Assembly: GCA_905331295.1 (NCBI GenBank)
Contig: CAJNYD010000156.1
Location: 1-64,000, forward strand
Reading direction: 5' to 3'
Source of the DNA: Rotaria socialis
Taxonomy: Eukaryota
Length of the DNA stretch: 64,000 bases
In this document: one piece after another, positions 12,283-22,875 of the stretch
How positions within the stretch are numbered: position 1 is the stretch's first letter
Layout of the letters: the number at the start of each line of letters is the position of its first letter
Translations under genes and position numbers: made by a program
Notes under the pieces: generated by a model
What the model was told of the DNA's origin: nothing
What the model saw: the letters and a program-made list of their open reading frames with translations, nothing else
Databases searched by the model: none

Positions 12283-13193
12283 TTAATATTCCTGCTAATG
12301 CTAAGTGGTCACCGAACGGAGTGACTATTGCTGGAGGTAATAAGGCTGGGTGTGCCACTAATCAATTCAACTGGCCTTATGGTCTCTCCGTTGATGATGA
12401 TCAAACAGTGGTTATTGCTGACTGCTGGAATCATCGTATCATGCAATGGAAGAATGGTAATGCGACGAATGGACAAGTTGTTGCTGGTGGTAATGGCGTA
12501 GGAAGTCGATTGAATGAATTCAATCAGCCACTTGATGTATTAATTGACAAAAAGACGGATAGTCTCATTGTTTGTGATAATGGGAATCAACGAATTGTAC
12601 GATGGTCTCGTCGTAGTGGTACAACACAAGGTGACATACTATTTGAGAAGATCAAATGTTATGGAGTAGCAATGGATGAGCAGGGATATATCTACGCTTC
12701 TGACCACGGAACAAATGAAGTAAGACGATATCAATTAGATCAGAAAAATGGCGTTGTCGTAGCTGGTAGTTGTAGCACTGGTAGTGGTCTCAATCAACTC
12801 AACTATCCGACATATCTCTTTGTCGATCGACAACAGAATGTCTACGTGTCAGACAACCACAATCATCGTGTAATGAAATGGAAAAAAGGTGCAACAGAAG
12901 GTATTGTGGTCGCTGGAGGTCACGGCAAAGGATGTGCTCTGACACAATTAGATGGTCCTCAAGGACTCTTCGTTGATGCGTTGGGTACAGTGTATGTAGC
13001 AGACGAGGGGAATAATCGTATAATGCGTTGGACTCAAGGAGGGCAACAAGGCACTATAATTGCAGGTGGAAATGGTTGGGGAGCACGAGCAAATCAGTTC
13101 AACCACCCCGTTGGTTTGTCTTTCGATCGACATGGCAATCTCTATGTCGTCGATTGGGGTAGTGACCGTGTTCAACGATTTTCTATCGAATAA
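12283..13193 (+). CDS. NHL-repeat beta-propeller protein, terminal exon (upstream exons not identified)
   Basis: Six NHL-type repeats (e.g. LNYPTYLFVD...VYVSDNHNHRV). Polypyrimidine-AG acceptor ends at 12282. The NAKW..NGVTIAGG start is typical of the expanded bdelloid NHL family. Confidence 0.9.
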
Positions 13194-13389
13194 GACTTGT
13201 GAATTGTTTTTTCTTTGTTCGTTTCTTTTTCCATACCCTGAAATGAATGAACAGAAAAAAGCAATTTTCCTTTTACCCTTTCCCTTCAACGAAAAGAAAA
13301 AAGCTAAATATAAGATTACATCATATGTTTCTTTTCTTGTTCTTTTATTTATTTGTTAAACGAAAAGAAATGAATTAAATAAAAGAATT

Positions 13390-13700
13390 TGTTTTATTTC
13401 ACAAAATATTTATTATTGAAATGGAAATTTCAATTAGTGAAATGAAAAATAAAATTTTAATTACTTGCAAAATTTGTGTCATTTGGAAAATTTTTATTAT
13501 TTGGAAAATTTTAATTATTTAAATGAAAAATGAAAATTTGAGTGCTTTTGAAAATATTTATTGATAAAATAAAACAATTTATAAGTAAAGTGAAAGGAAA
13601 TTTTTTTTTGTTTTCACAAAATATGTATTGTTGAAGTGAAAATATTTATGATTGCAATGAAAATATGTATTGTTGAAATGAAAAGAAAAAATTTGAGTTA
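13390..13700. repeat. AT-rich degenerate tandem repeat (AAAATAT..ATTGTTGAAATG-like)
   Basis: Repeated CACAAAATAT and TGAAAATAT units. Confidence 0.55.
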
Positions 13701-13784
13701 TTTGAATAAAGTTTATTTTAAAAATCAAAAAAATAAAATTACAAAAGAATTTAAACAACAAGAATAGAAAATATATATACTTAC

Positions 13785-14411
13785 ATTTGTGTCCATTTTG
13801 ATTGAATTGAATTGAATTGAACTGTTGAATGGAACTAAAGCATAAAAATAACAATTTATTTTATTTTGTTTTTTGGAATAAGATAAGTGAAATTACTTTG
13901 CTGTTGAAGAAATCGAGATGAACTAAAACGAAATAAAAAGAAATGAATTGATTGGAATGAGAGACAATTTGTTTTTGCTTACCAATTAATTGTTGCTCGC
14001 GCGACCAAGAACTACCTTGGTGGTGCCATAGAGAGGCGAACCTCTTCACGTACAGACATAGATCTAGCGTGTATAGAACATACAACAGGAAGATCTATAT
14101 GCGGCCTGTACGTGCTATGGGCACCAAGATAGCCTTGGCCAGTTTCACGCCGATGTATGGAAGGCCTTCTCCCCGGTAGGACATATATACAAAAGAATAC
14201 TTACCTTGTTTATATTACTGAAAATATAAAAATAAAAATAAATAAATCGGGTAAAAAGCTGAGACAACAAAAAATTTAAAATAAAAACTAAAACTATAAT
14301 ACTTACCTGTGATATTGAACAATGGTCAGTACGAATACAAGCTAAAATAGTTAAACAATAAAATATACATATAATAATATAAGAAAAAGAAGAGAAAGAA
14401 AGATGGGGAAT
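13785..14411 (-). other. Spliced micro-exon transcript (non-coding host or 5' end of a truncated gene)
   Basis: Exons about 14411-14307, 14217-14205 (13 nt), 13922-13897 and 13834-13785. Donors GTAAGT (14306, 14204, 13784), GTAAGC (13982) and GTAATT (13896), with polypyrimidine-AG acceptors. ATG at 13796 gives only MDTN before a donor. Confidence 0.6.
13988..14184 (-). ncRNA. Candidate structured RNA element (long stem with three-way junction and UUCG hairpin), unclassified
   Basis: GC-rich island in very AT-rich DNA. About 50 base pairs across 14003-14140; the non-Watson-Crick pairs in the helices are G-U on the minus strand. Side hairpin AGAGG-UUCG-CCUCU. Confidence 0.7.
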
Positions 14412-14490
14412 GATTTCTAACGTTGAAAATCATTACTATTTATAGTCATTTTTGTTATTCGTGATCATTTAGACAATTTGTCAGCGATCG
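14405..14490 (-). promoter_or_regulatory. TATA box (TATAAATAG, 14444-14436) with Inr-like TCATT about 33 nt downstream
   Basis: Canonical TATA-Inr spacing followed by a pyrimidine-rich leader; a paralogous copy lies at 18695-18790. Confidence 0.6.
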
Positions 14491-15539
14491 AGATCAAATG
14501 AATTTCATTTCTGTTTGTAAAATTTAACATTCCGTTCACTACATAAAGTGGTCTTTTGATGGTTTAATTGAATGTTGTACAAGCGATCGTAAAGATCACA
14601 AGCATTCCTAAAAGTGACGAAAAAGCAAATCTTGTAATATAGACTAGACCGCTAATTGATCTTTTATGTTGTCGTCTTACATCGTATATGCACTAACAAC
14701 AATTATTATTACGAGTGATTCTGCTCGTGATATATTATTTCCATCGCAAAATTACAATTACTTCTTTCCTATGTTCATGTTTGACTTATGAATAATTTTA
14801 CATGGATACAAAATTGCTCATTAAATTATTCGATTTGCATCAGAATTACTTGGTCAATTTTCTAAAATTTTCCGCAGCTATTCTTAGTTTACCATTAAAA
14901 ACGATGATCAATGGTTCGATCAGTATTTACTTTATTATCCAACTGATAAAAGCGGAATAATCAATTTCTATATTTTTACAAAGAAACAGTAAAGAACAAT
15001 AGTAATAAAAAATTTTCTTATTTTTGAACACAACTATGAACGAGTAGAGCTATCGGCAATATATTATATGTAAAAACTTAGTTTGTCATGTCTTTTCACC
15101 ATGGAATAGATTAAATATAACTTAGAGGTAAAACGAAAAGCAATATATTTAGAAGTGCTGATCGTCAAGTGACTCGCATACAATCCTGATCAGTACTATT
15201 GAGATCTAGAAAAATTCTTCACATAAAGTTGTATATCTTGGCTTTTTTCAATTTTAAGTATAATTCAAACTTGTTTAATTATCATTAAGTTAAACAAACA
15301 CTTATAGTAATAAATACAATAAAAATAATGGAGAATAATCTTGATAAAGAAAATTGAGATGCCTAGGAGATAGATTTATTCTATTTTATATGGAATTATT
15401 TTACAAGTAGAAATTCATCAGTCTATTTAGGTTCATATCCAACATTAACCTAAAAAGACAACTGAATATTTTTTAGTAGAAAAGATAAGCCTAACTTACG
15501 AAATTCGATTTTTTTCTTATTTTTATTAAACCATCAATT

Positions 15540-17868
15540 AAGTAAGCCTGCTTTTTACAATTTTCTTCATTTTGCATCTCTTTTGCTATTTCCTAAATTT
15601 CATTCAACAGATCCGATTGATGTCTAACGAACCGCATGAATTCATAAAAGTGTTCTTTGTGCATTGTCATTTCCACTTGTGCATAATGTTGAAACTTTCT
15701 TACTTCTAAAATAAAGAATATATTTTAATGTCTGTGATCAACAATTCTTACAAGCGTCCTCATGAGATTTTTAGTTTCATAAAATTAAGAAGATTTTTCA
15801 AGATACTCAATAAAAATAATTGGGTGTGCCTATAGGAAATGAAAATTATCGATAGAAAGAAGTGCATAAAGTTAACACCCACTAATCTTTAATTTCTCAT
15901 ATAAGTAATTGAAAGATAAACCCATACCAGTCACATTCGTCAAAAATAAGTATTTTTGACAGAAGTAATCCAGACGACCATGTGTTACAAGTTCAAAATC
16001 AGCTCGCTCTTGGGAAGAAATACGTTCATGCGGATATAATTCTTCTAGTGATGGAGGCTGATATTCATCACTTGAGAAAGACCAGTCGATATTATCTGAA
16101 TATTAAATACAATGCAAACAATTCAAAACAAAGATTAGAATGACTTACGTGGACAATTATTAGATGAACCAACCTAAAAAGATTTTTATTTCATGTAGGC
16201 TTATCAAAAATGAGCAGCTATTTCAAGTTTAGATGTGGCTCTTTTTTACCCAATAGTTCCCTAAAAACTTCTGATTTTAAATGTTTTTCTAAGAGAATAG
16301 TTTAAGTTACATAGAAAAATCTTCTCTTATGTAAGTTTGAAGCAGGGATATTTTGATTAGTGAAATATTTTACTATTATCTATATTAGAACATTTACCAA
16401 CGCTCTATCCAACTAACCTTACAACGACGTTTACGTTTTCCGATGTGTTTATCATTGGATAAATGCACTCTACTTTTATTGACAACAGTATCGGCTTCGC
16501 TCACTTCACTTGAAGTTGTGGTCAATTTTGAAGGATCAACTAAAATGAAAAACACGAATCTTCTTTAAAACTGCTATTTATTACGCAAGTTATACAAAAT
16601 ACATTTTCTTTTTTTTCGACAATCCAAGCTAAATTCTTTTTTCAAAAATTGTATTGAAGCCATAATACTTTGTTTTAGTGTAGCCTTTTCATTTTTATTT
16701 GAATGATCGATAGTGTAATATTCAATACTCGATGGTCTTAAATCAGGATAAACAGCTTCAATTAAATCATTTAACTCTTTGGTTGTTATATAATACGGTT
16801 AAGACCGATGGAGTCACTAGTCGACGATCTTGACTTCGATCTGTCCAGGTTCTTGTTTTTCTTGAATATCAGACAAGATTCTTTTGCCATTCCTTCTGTA
16901 CAAGATTCTTGTCTGAAAAAACAGATCTTGACTTTCTGGCAAGATTCGTGTAGACACAATCTTGGCTGGCGAGGCAAGAAATGTCCCGCCAGGCAAGATT
17001 CTTGTGTTCTTGTATTCTTGCCTGATTCTTGTGTTCTTGCAATTCTTACATGATTCTTGTTTCTTGCTTTTCTGGCATGATTCTTGTTTCCTTACAATTC
17101 TTGCTATTTTGAGAAAATCCTTGTAATACAGATAAATTTTATTTAGGCATCCATACGGTTGCCTCCTTTCGGTCCTATTATATTTTAATTTCGAATTAAA
17201 AAAAAATACAAAAAAAGTACATTATATGTGCAAGGAAACATACAAAAATTCATATCGCGTAAAACAAATCAAGAAGAAAAAAAATAAAAGAAAAACGATT
17301 GAACAAAAGAATTTATTCAAAAAATACATGTGTTATAGTTCGTCAGCGCGTCATCTAGAAAGAAATATATAATGTTCAAATTTCTGTATATTTATAACTA
17401 TATATACACAGACATCACGTGATATTTTTCTTTAAGATATATTGAAAAGAAAAGAAAAAAGAAGCTTGTCTGAATTTCAAGAAATTTGAAATATCTTGTA
17501 ATTCTTGCGTGATTCTTATTTATCCGATCAATCAGACAAGATTGTGTTTTTCTTGAATAACAGACAAGAATCTTGTTTCTTTCCTGCCTCGAAGAATCTT
17601 GTCTGAATATTATGATTACAAAGAATCTTGTCTGATATTCAAGGAAAACAAGAATCTGGACAGATCGAAGTCAAGATCGTCGACTAGTGGTGATTATGTG
17701 TAAATCTTCACAAATAAAAACAGCAAATTTTTCATTAAATGTCGTCTTAAGATATTCAAAAAATTGATTGGTATTCATAATTGAATTTGTTCTATCATAA
17801 ACAAAAGAATTGTAATGAAAGAGTGCATATCATCCTTACTTGGAATCTGTTGTTGACGTTATAGACAT
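15540..17868 (-). pseudogene. Degraded multi-exon gene of unknown function, interrupted by a CACTA element
   Basis: Exon-like stretches with splice sites: NTNQFFEYLKTTFNEKFAVFICEDLHIIT|PSVLT (split by the insertion), ITTKELNDLIEAVYPDLRPSSIEY and DNIDWSFSSDEYQPPSLEELYPHE. Contains stops and frameshifts. Confidence 0.4.
16815..17689. mobile_element. Non-autonomous CACTA/EnSpm (CMC) element
   Basis: About 70-bp TIRs CACTAGTCGACGATCTTGACTTCGATCTGTCCAG... and ...CGTCGACTAGTG, a GT 2-bp TSD, and subterminal CAAGATTCTTG repeats. Confidence 0.92.
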
Positions 17869-18694
17869 GGTATTGATAGAGAGATAACTAGAAAAAGGTG
17901 TTAATAAAAGAGTCAAACTTGTTTAATCGCCGTAATGAATACTTACATAATGAACAATCTGGAAAATTGTATAACTTAAAACATGAATAGGAGTCAGATA
18001 ACGAATATACAAAGTTGATAAAATTATCTGTACATCAACATTCATGTATGTGTTTATATTTATGTTTAAATAGGTAACAAAGATCTCATTGTCTATTGCA
18101 GATTATTCATTTCTTTCTTCAATCAGGCGGAAGGAAAAAGAGAGGTCGCTCTGCTACGTTTCATGATTTATGTAGGCTTTTCTTTTGTTGATGCAAAGCA
18201 AAGTTGTTTGACTATCATAAATTTTATTGCCTGAAGAAAGAGCTGTTTACAACTAAAATTGAGAAATATGTTCAAGCCTAACAACAATTACTATCAGTGT
18301 AAATAAATTTCGTAGAGCATCACAAAACTTGCCTAAACTAAAAAAAAGTCATATTTTTACTTTGGAACATAATAACAATTCAAATCGACAGGAGATGAAG
18401 ATGATTGAGATATTTTTGCAGAAAGCAAAAACTAATATTCATATACAAAATACAAATTTTGATATCCAACTTTAAATGTTTCATCGATATGTATCGGTGC
18501 ACTAATATGTGAGTATAGACTATAATCATTTTATTTTCCACTAAATCATTTCTAGGCATTACAATACTCACAAGATCATAAAAAAGTCACATTCGAAGTT
18601 GCTAAACAAGTAAAAAATAAAATAAAAATTTTATCTAAAATAGTTAGAAAATATATATATTATAATATAATAAGAAAGAAAAAGAAGAAGAAAA

Positions 18695-18790
18695 ACGGGA
18701 AATGCGTTTTTGACGTTGTAAATCGTCACCATTTATACTACGTTTTGGTTAATCGTGATAAATTCAATTGATATTTGATTGATCATCGAT
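18695..18790 (-). promoter_or_regulatory. Paralogous TATA/Inr promoter (TATAAATGG, 18737-18729)
   Basis: ACGTTGTAAATCGTCACCATTTATACTACGTTTTGGTTAATCGTGAT aligns with ACGTTGAAAATCATTACTATTTATAGTCATTTTTGTTATTCGTGAT at 14420-14465. Confidence 0.55.
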
Positions 18791-19121
18791 GTGATGGGTG
18801 TCGACATAGATCAAGTGAATGCTGAAACCTACACCCAAACCCTGCGTCGGATTATCAATGCCAGAGATTTCTCAAAATTGTTCTTAGGACAACGCGCTAA
18901 GTTTTTTTCAAAAATGGTGAGCTCTTAATAGCTTTAGACCATGGCTTCTTCGTCAAAAATCTTGATGGTGTGGGTGTGAATATAATTCTATCGTGCATTC
19001 AACACTCACAATCACATCCTTGCTTTTATATTTAAATGAATAAATGTATTTATAATGTTTGACTTTTCAAAAAGAAAAGTTCATCTAGAGAAATAGTTGA
19101 CACTTAGATAAATTAGTTATA

Positions 19122-19378
19122 TTATAGCTTTAGCTCGCTCTTCTTTATGTTTGACATAATAACCTGGTGGGAAAAGTTTCGAATACTATATATTGATTCA
19201 TAAGATGGTTTCGATGATCTTAATATTTTTACTCTAGAGAAAATGCCTCTTGCTTGTTGTTGATTTTGAGAAATTATTGTGAACAATATATCTTTGTTAA
19301 TAGCGAGTTCGATTAGAGAAGGAAGAGTAATTTGACGAATTAACTGGTCAGCATAATCGATATGAATCTTGTATAAAA
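19122..19378 (-). pseudogene. C-terminal fragment of a bdelloid F-box/LRR-like protein
   Basis: IHIDYADQLIRQITLPSLIELAI resembles the C-terminus of that family; no intact N-terminus is seen. Confidence 0.45.
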
Positions 19379-19477
19379 TAGGGTGTGGGTGTGGATCTAC
19401 GTATTTCAGACAACACTCAAAACACAGTGGCATCCTAAACCTAACCAAGACTCACACACACCCACACCCACACCCAG
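19379..19477. repeat. Inverted TGTGGG/CCCACA mini-element; further member (decayed copies at 18790-18844 and 18966-19019)
   Basis: TAGGGTGTGGGTGTGGAT...CACCCACACCCACACCC. Confidence 0.7.
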
Positions 19478-21149
19478 CTTACCAACTTCATTTAGACAAC
19501 GCATGTTTGATATTTTCTTCCATTGAACATCTTGTTGTTGCTTTCTTGATATTCAGATGCACGAATGTGACATTTTTTGCGCAAAATCTTCAGTTTTTTG
19601 AAAAATATAGGAAATATAGTTCCATTACGGGACCAAATATCTGCTACTAAAAACTTTCATCATTCTCGTGTATTATATGTGTTTGTACTGCAAAGCATCT
19701 CTTATCGTTTAGGGTCGTATCAATTGTTTTCAATAATGCAGCTACTCTTCATCCATGCTGATAGGTTAAGTGATGAAAATGAAATAGAATTAATGTCTCT
19801 TTGTTTTTATGTTTAAGTTCAAAATCCAGTGATACTCATTATCTGTGGAATTTATTAAGATAGATCCTTGTGTAAAACGAAACGAAACTGCAAAACAGTG
19901 GTTAACAAAAGCCGACAAGGTAATTCTTCTAATCTAATCAACTGAGTTGTCTCATGAAATAATTATCCATCAATAAATCATACTAGAAACACAATTCTTT
20001 CGTTTTTGTATATTGTTCTAAATAGTTAAACTTTGACAACCAAGTGGAATCCAAATGGACCCCACTATAGGAAACAAATGTTTGACAAAAATATCTGTAT
20101 TTTTCCTATTTTTAAATATATTTAATGTTTTCCAATATTTGAATCCAAATTTCACTATAAAAAAATAAATCATCTTTTTTTATATGCCGATTATGAGTAT
20201 TTAATATGACATCGCAGCTTGATCTGCTAACCAAATTATAGTAAGACAGAAAATGTAAAATCAGTCGAATTATACCAGTCTTCAATGCAATGAATCATTA
20301 CTTACCTAATTGAATAAAGTTGTGCCCTAATTTAAACAAGTTTTTACCATAGATAGAGACTATCCAACTAGTCAAATCGATGAATCATTAGACTTCAAAT
20401 GTAGAGTTAGGAATCTGTTCTCTCAATGGTTCTTTTTTTTTTGCTTTAACAAGATGTGAAATTAACCGGGAGAGCGACAATTAGTCGAACGGCAATTGGG
20501 TGACGTTAATTGGTCGCACCGGCAATTGGGCGCTACGACAATTGGTCGCAGTGTAGATTTGGTCGTGTGTTTGACAGAAGCATGGTTATTTTCTACTTCC
20601 CAAAAACTTCAATTTACACACGCGTGACTCAATCACACATAGCATAGCTTGAGGCTGAGAGGATATGAGTCAGAGCGGAGCACAGGACAGGACTGCCCTG
20701 CTGTCCTGCAGGACAAGAGCAGAGTTTTGTCCTGTCCTGCCGCCCGACAGGGCGGGCTTGAGCGCAGGATGAAACTAGAGCTTTTGTTGCGTTTCAGATT
20801 CTACCATGACACATTGAAATGGTAGAATATGATCAGATAAGAAAACATTCCACTGTTGATATGTATGTCCTCTGTTTAATCTGTTTTTTAACAATTTTTT
20901 TCTATTGTTTTGTATATACGGGTATATATTTTTTGTGAATATTTGACTCAGTATGTGTTTGATTTGTATCATACTTATTATATCAAGTACTTTTTCATGT
21001 TCTCCTTTTATAGTATCATTCTTTATACGTGAAGATAATACTACTAGAATCCTAGATTATATGTAAATTTTATTTCCAGTAATGAGAGTGTCATATAAAT
21101 AATAACTCAAGATTGTTTCCTCGTTTTTGTATTTAAAGTGGTATTGTTT

Positions 21150-21395
21150 CAAGGGGGGAACGGCGGACTTTTGGACTTAAAGTTACTTTGAACTACTTTA
21201 AGCTACTTCGACTTACTTCGAAGTACTTCAAGCTATTTCAAGTAATTTACTTTCACCTACTTTTCAACTTCACATTTACTTGAAGTTATCTGAAGTTACT
21301 TGTTCTAACTTTGTGCTACTTGAGTGATACTTTTAGCTACTTCAAGCATTGAACTTTGATGTACTTTTGTACTTCAAGTCCGCTGTTTCCCCTTG
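21150..21395. mobile_element. MITE with CAAGGGG...CCCCTTG termini and 8-bp TSD (P-element-like or hAT)
   Basis: TIRs CAAGGGGGGAACGGCGGACTT and AAGTCCGCTGTTTCCCCTTG, TSD TATTGTTT, internal TACTT repeats. Confidence 0.88.
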
Positions 21396-21567
21396 TATTG
21401 TTTATAAAAAATTCAGTTTTTGTATTTGAAATTAAATGAAATATACTGGCTACAATGTAGAAAATTAATTAACCTAGGCTTGGATTACTGACCGTAAAAA
21501 TGACAAATATTGCTGCTATCACATCCATGATAAATACAAAACAGGACGGTCCTGGTGTCCTGTCCTG

Positions 21568-21867
21568 CCTCGGTCGAAGAAAACGGTCAGTAAACGGTCG
21601 TATACGATACAAATACGGCCCGTTTTACGTGCCGTATTTTCCCCGTATAACAGGGGCAGTAATACGGCCGTATGCTCTATAGAATACGATAATATTACGC
21701 CGGTTTTACGGCTGATATACGGTGTCCGCGTATGGCCGTAATACTGCTCCTGTTAAAACGCCTTAATTCGACTTAAAACGGCCTTTTAACGACGGAATAC
21801 GATGCAAAAACGACCGTTTACGGTAATGTTACGCCAGTTTACGATGGTCCGTTTTGATCGACATGGG
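21568..21867. mobile_element. CCCAGGTCGA-family MITE with 2-bp TSD (TG), nested in the hAT element
   Basis: CCTCGGTCGAAGAAAACGG ... CCGTTTTGATCGACATGGG, with internal TACGG/CCGTA repeats. Confidence 0.8.
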
Positions 21868-22643
21868 TGTCCTATCCTGCCGCCCGCCAGGACGGACCAG
21901 AGTATCAGGACAGAGCAGGACAGGGCAGAAAAACTTGTCCTGTGCTCAGCTCTGATATGAGTAGAAAATGAATATGTGCTTCTTGAAATAGATAAGTAGG
22001 TGGCCTCGCTGGTAAACGCTAACTGAATGATGATATTCACTCTTTAGCTCCATCGAAATAGTAGGAAAAGATGAAAATGATATTTGTTGCTGAATAGCGA
22101 AAAGCGCAGCAGACAGAGGCCTGTGAATAAGAAAAATACCATTCGCATTAAGCAAACTTTTAAAGCAACAACTACTACTGACTCTCATACAATGCTTTAT
22201 ACGTAATTAGAAGAGTTTACTAAACATTCGTATTTATACTCATATTTAATGTTCCTGGCTTTCGAATAGATTGTTAGCTACTTTCTAGATATCTCGGAGT
22301 TATTTTTCTGTAACACTAATAAAAACTTTTCTACAATTTTATTTTCGAGAATTTCGACCAAATTTATAATGCGACTACTTATGGTAGCGCCCAATTGTCT
22401 CTCAGTAGTGTCAAACTTGAAACTTGAATTCAATTGAAAACTGAAATTTTCAACTTCGACCAATTGTCGTAGACCCAATTAACCTGTTCTAAATCAAGAC
22501 AAACTGTAATCTAATAATTTCTTAACAAAACGGAAGAGGAAAATAATCTAGTTTTGGCTAAAATACCGGTGCAACAATGAAAATCATAGAATTTAAGTAC
22601 ATGTTATCATATTATCTACGAAAATAAACTTTGTCAGTCTAAA

Positions 22644-22875
22644 CCCAGGTCGAACAATACGGACCGTATAATGGGCGCAGTATTACGGACCGTACGATGC
22701 TTACATTTGCGTCGTATACGGTCAAGATTTCACAGTATATGGCTCCCCGTTTTACGGTGCTCCAAACCAGTCTCGGTTTACGGCCGTATTTGACCCGTAA
22801 CTAACAGCATTACGGTCCGTAATACTGCGCCCATTAATACGGTCCGAAACGGAGTTCCGTTTTGATCGACCTGGG
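22644..22875. mobile_element. CCCAGGTCGA-family MITE, second copy
   Basis: CCCAGGTCGAACAATACGG ... CCGTTTTGATCGACCTGGG; internally palindromic. Confidence 0.88.

Larger units (their letters stand above)
20671..21954. mobile_element. Non-autonomous hAT element
   Basis: TIRs CAGAGCGGAGCACAGGACA and TGTCCTGTGCTCAGCTCTG, perfect 8-bp TSD ATATGAGT, and CAGGAC subterminal repeats. Confidence 0.92.
20468..22490. mobile_element. Old outer non-autonomous element with inverted CAATTGGTCG/CAATTGGG arrays (Mutator-like, tentative), hosting nested insertions
   Basis: Array at about 20475-20565 is inverted relative to 22355-22490 (e.g. CAATTGGGCGCTAC versus GTAGCGCCCAATTG). Termini and TSD are unclear. 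Confidence 0.55.

Noticed and set aside
14003..14150. Hammerhead or HDV ribozyme reading of the structured element (GAAAC, GUC, TTCACG motifs)
   Set aside because: No CUGANGA core, and no P3 stem closes the UUCACG motifs.
14299..14309. ATACTTACCTG, identical to the 5' end of U1 snRNA
   Set aside because: No U1 stem-loops or Sm site follow; it is the reverse complement of a perfect minus-strand 5' splice site.
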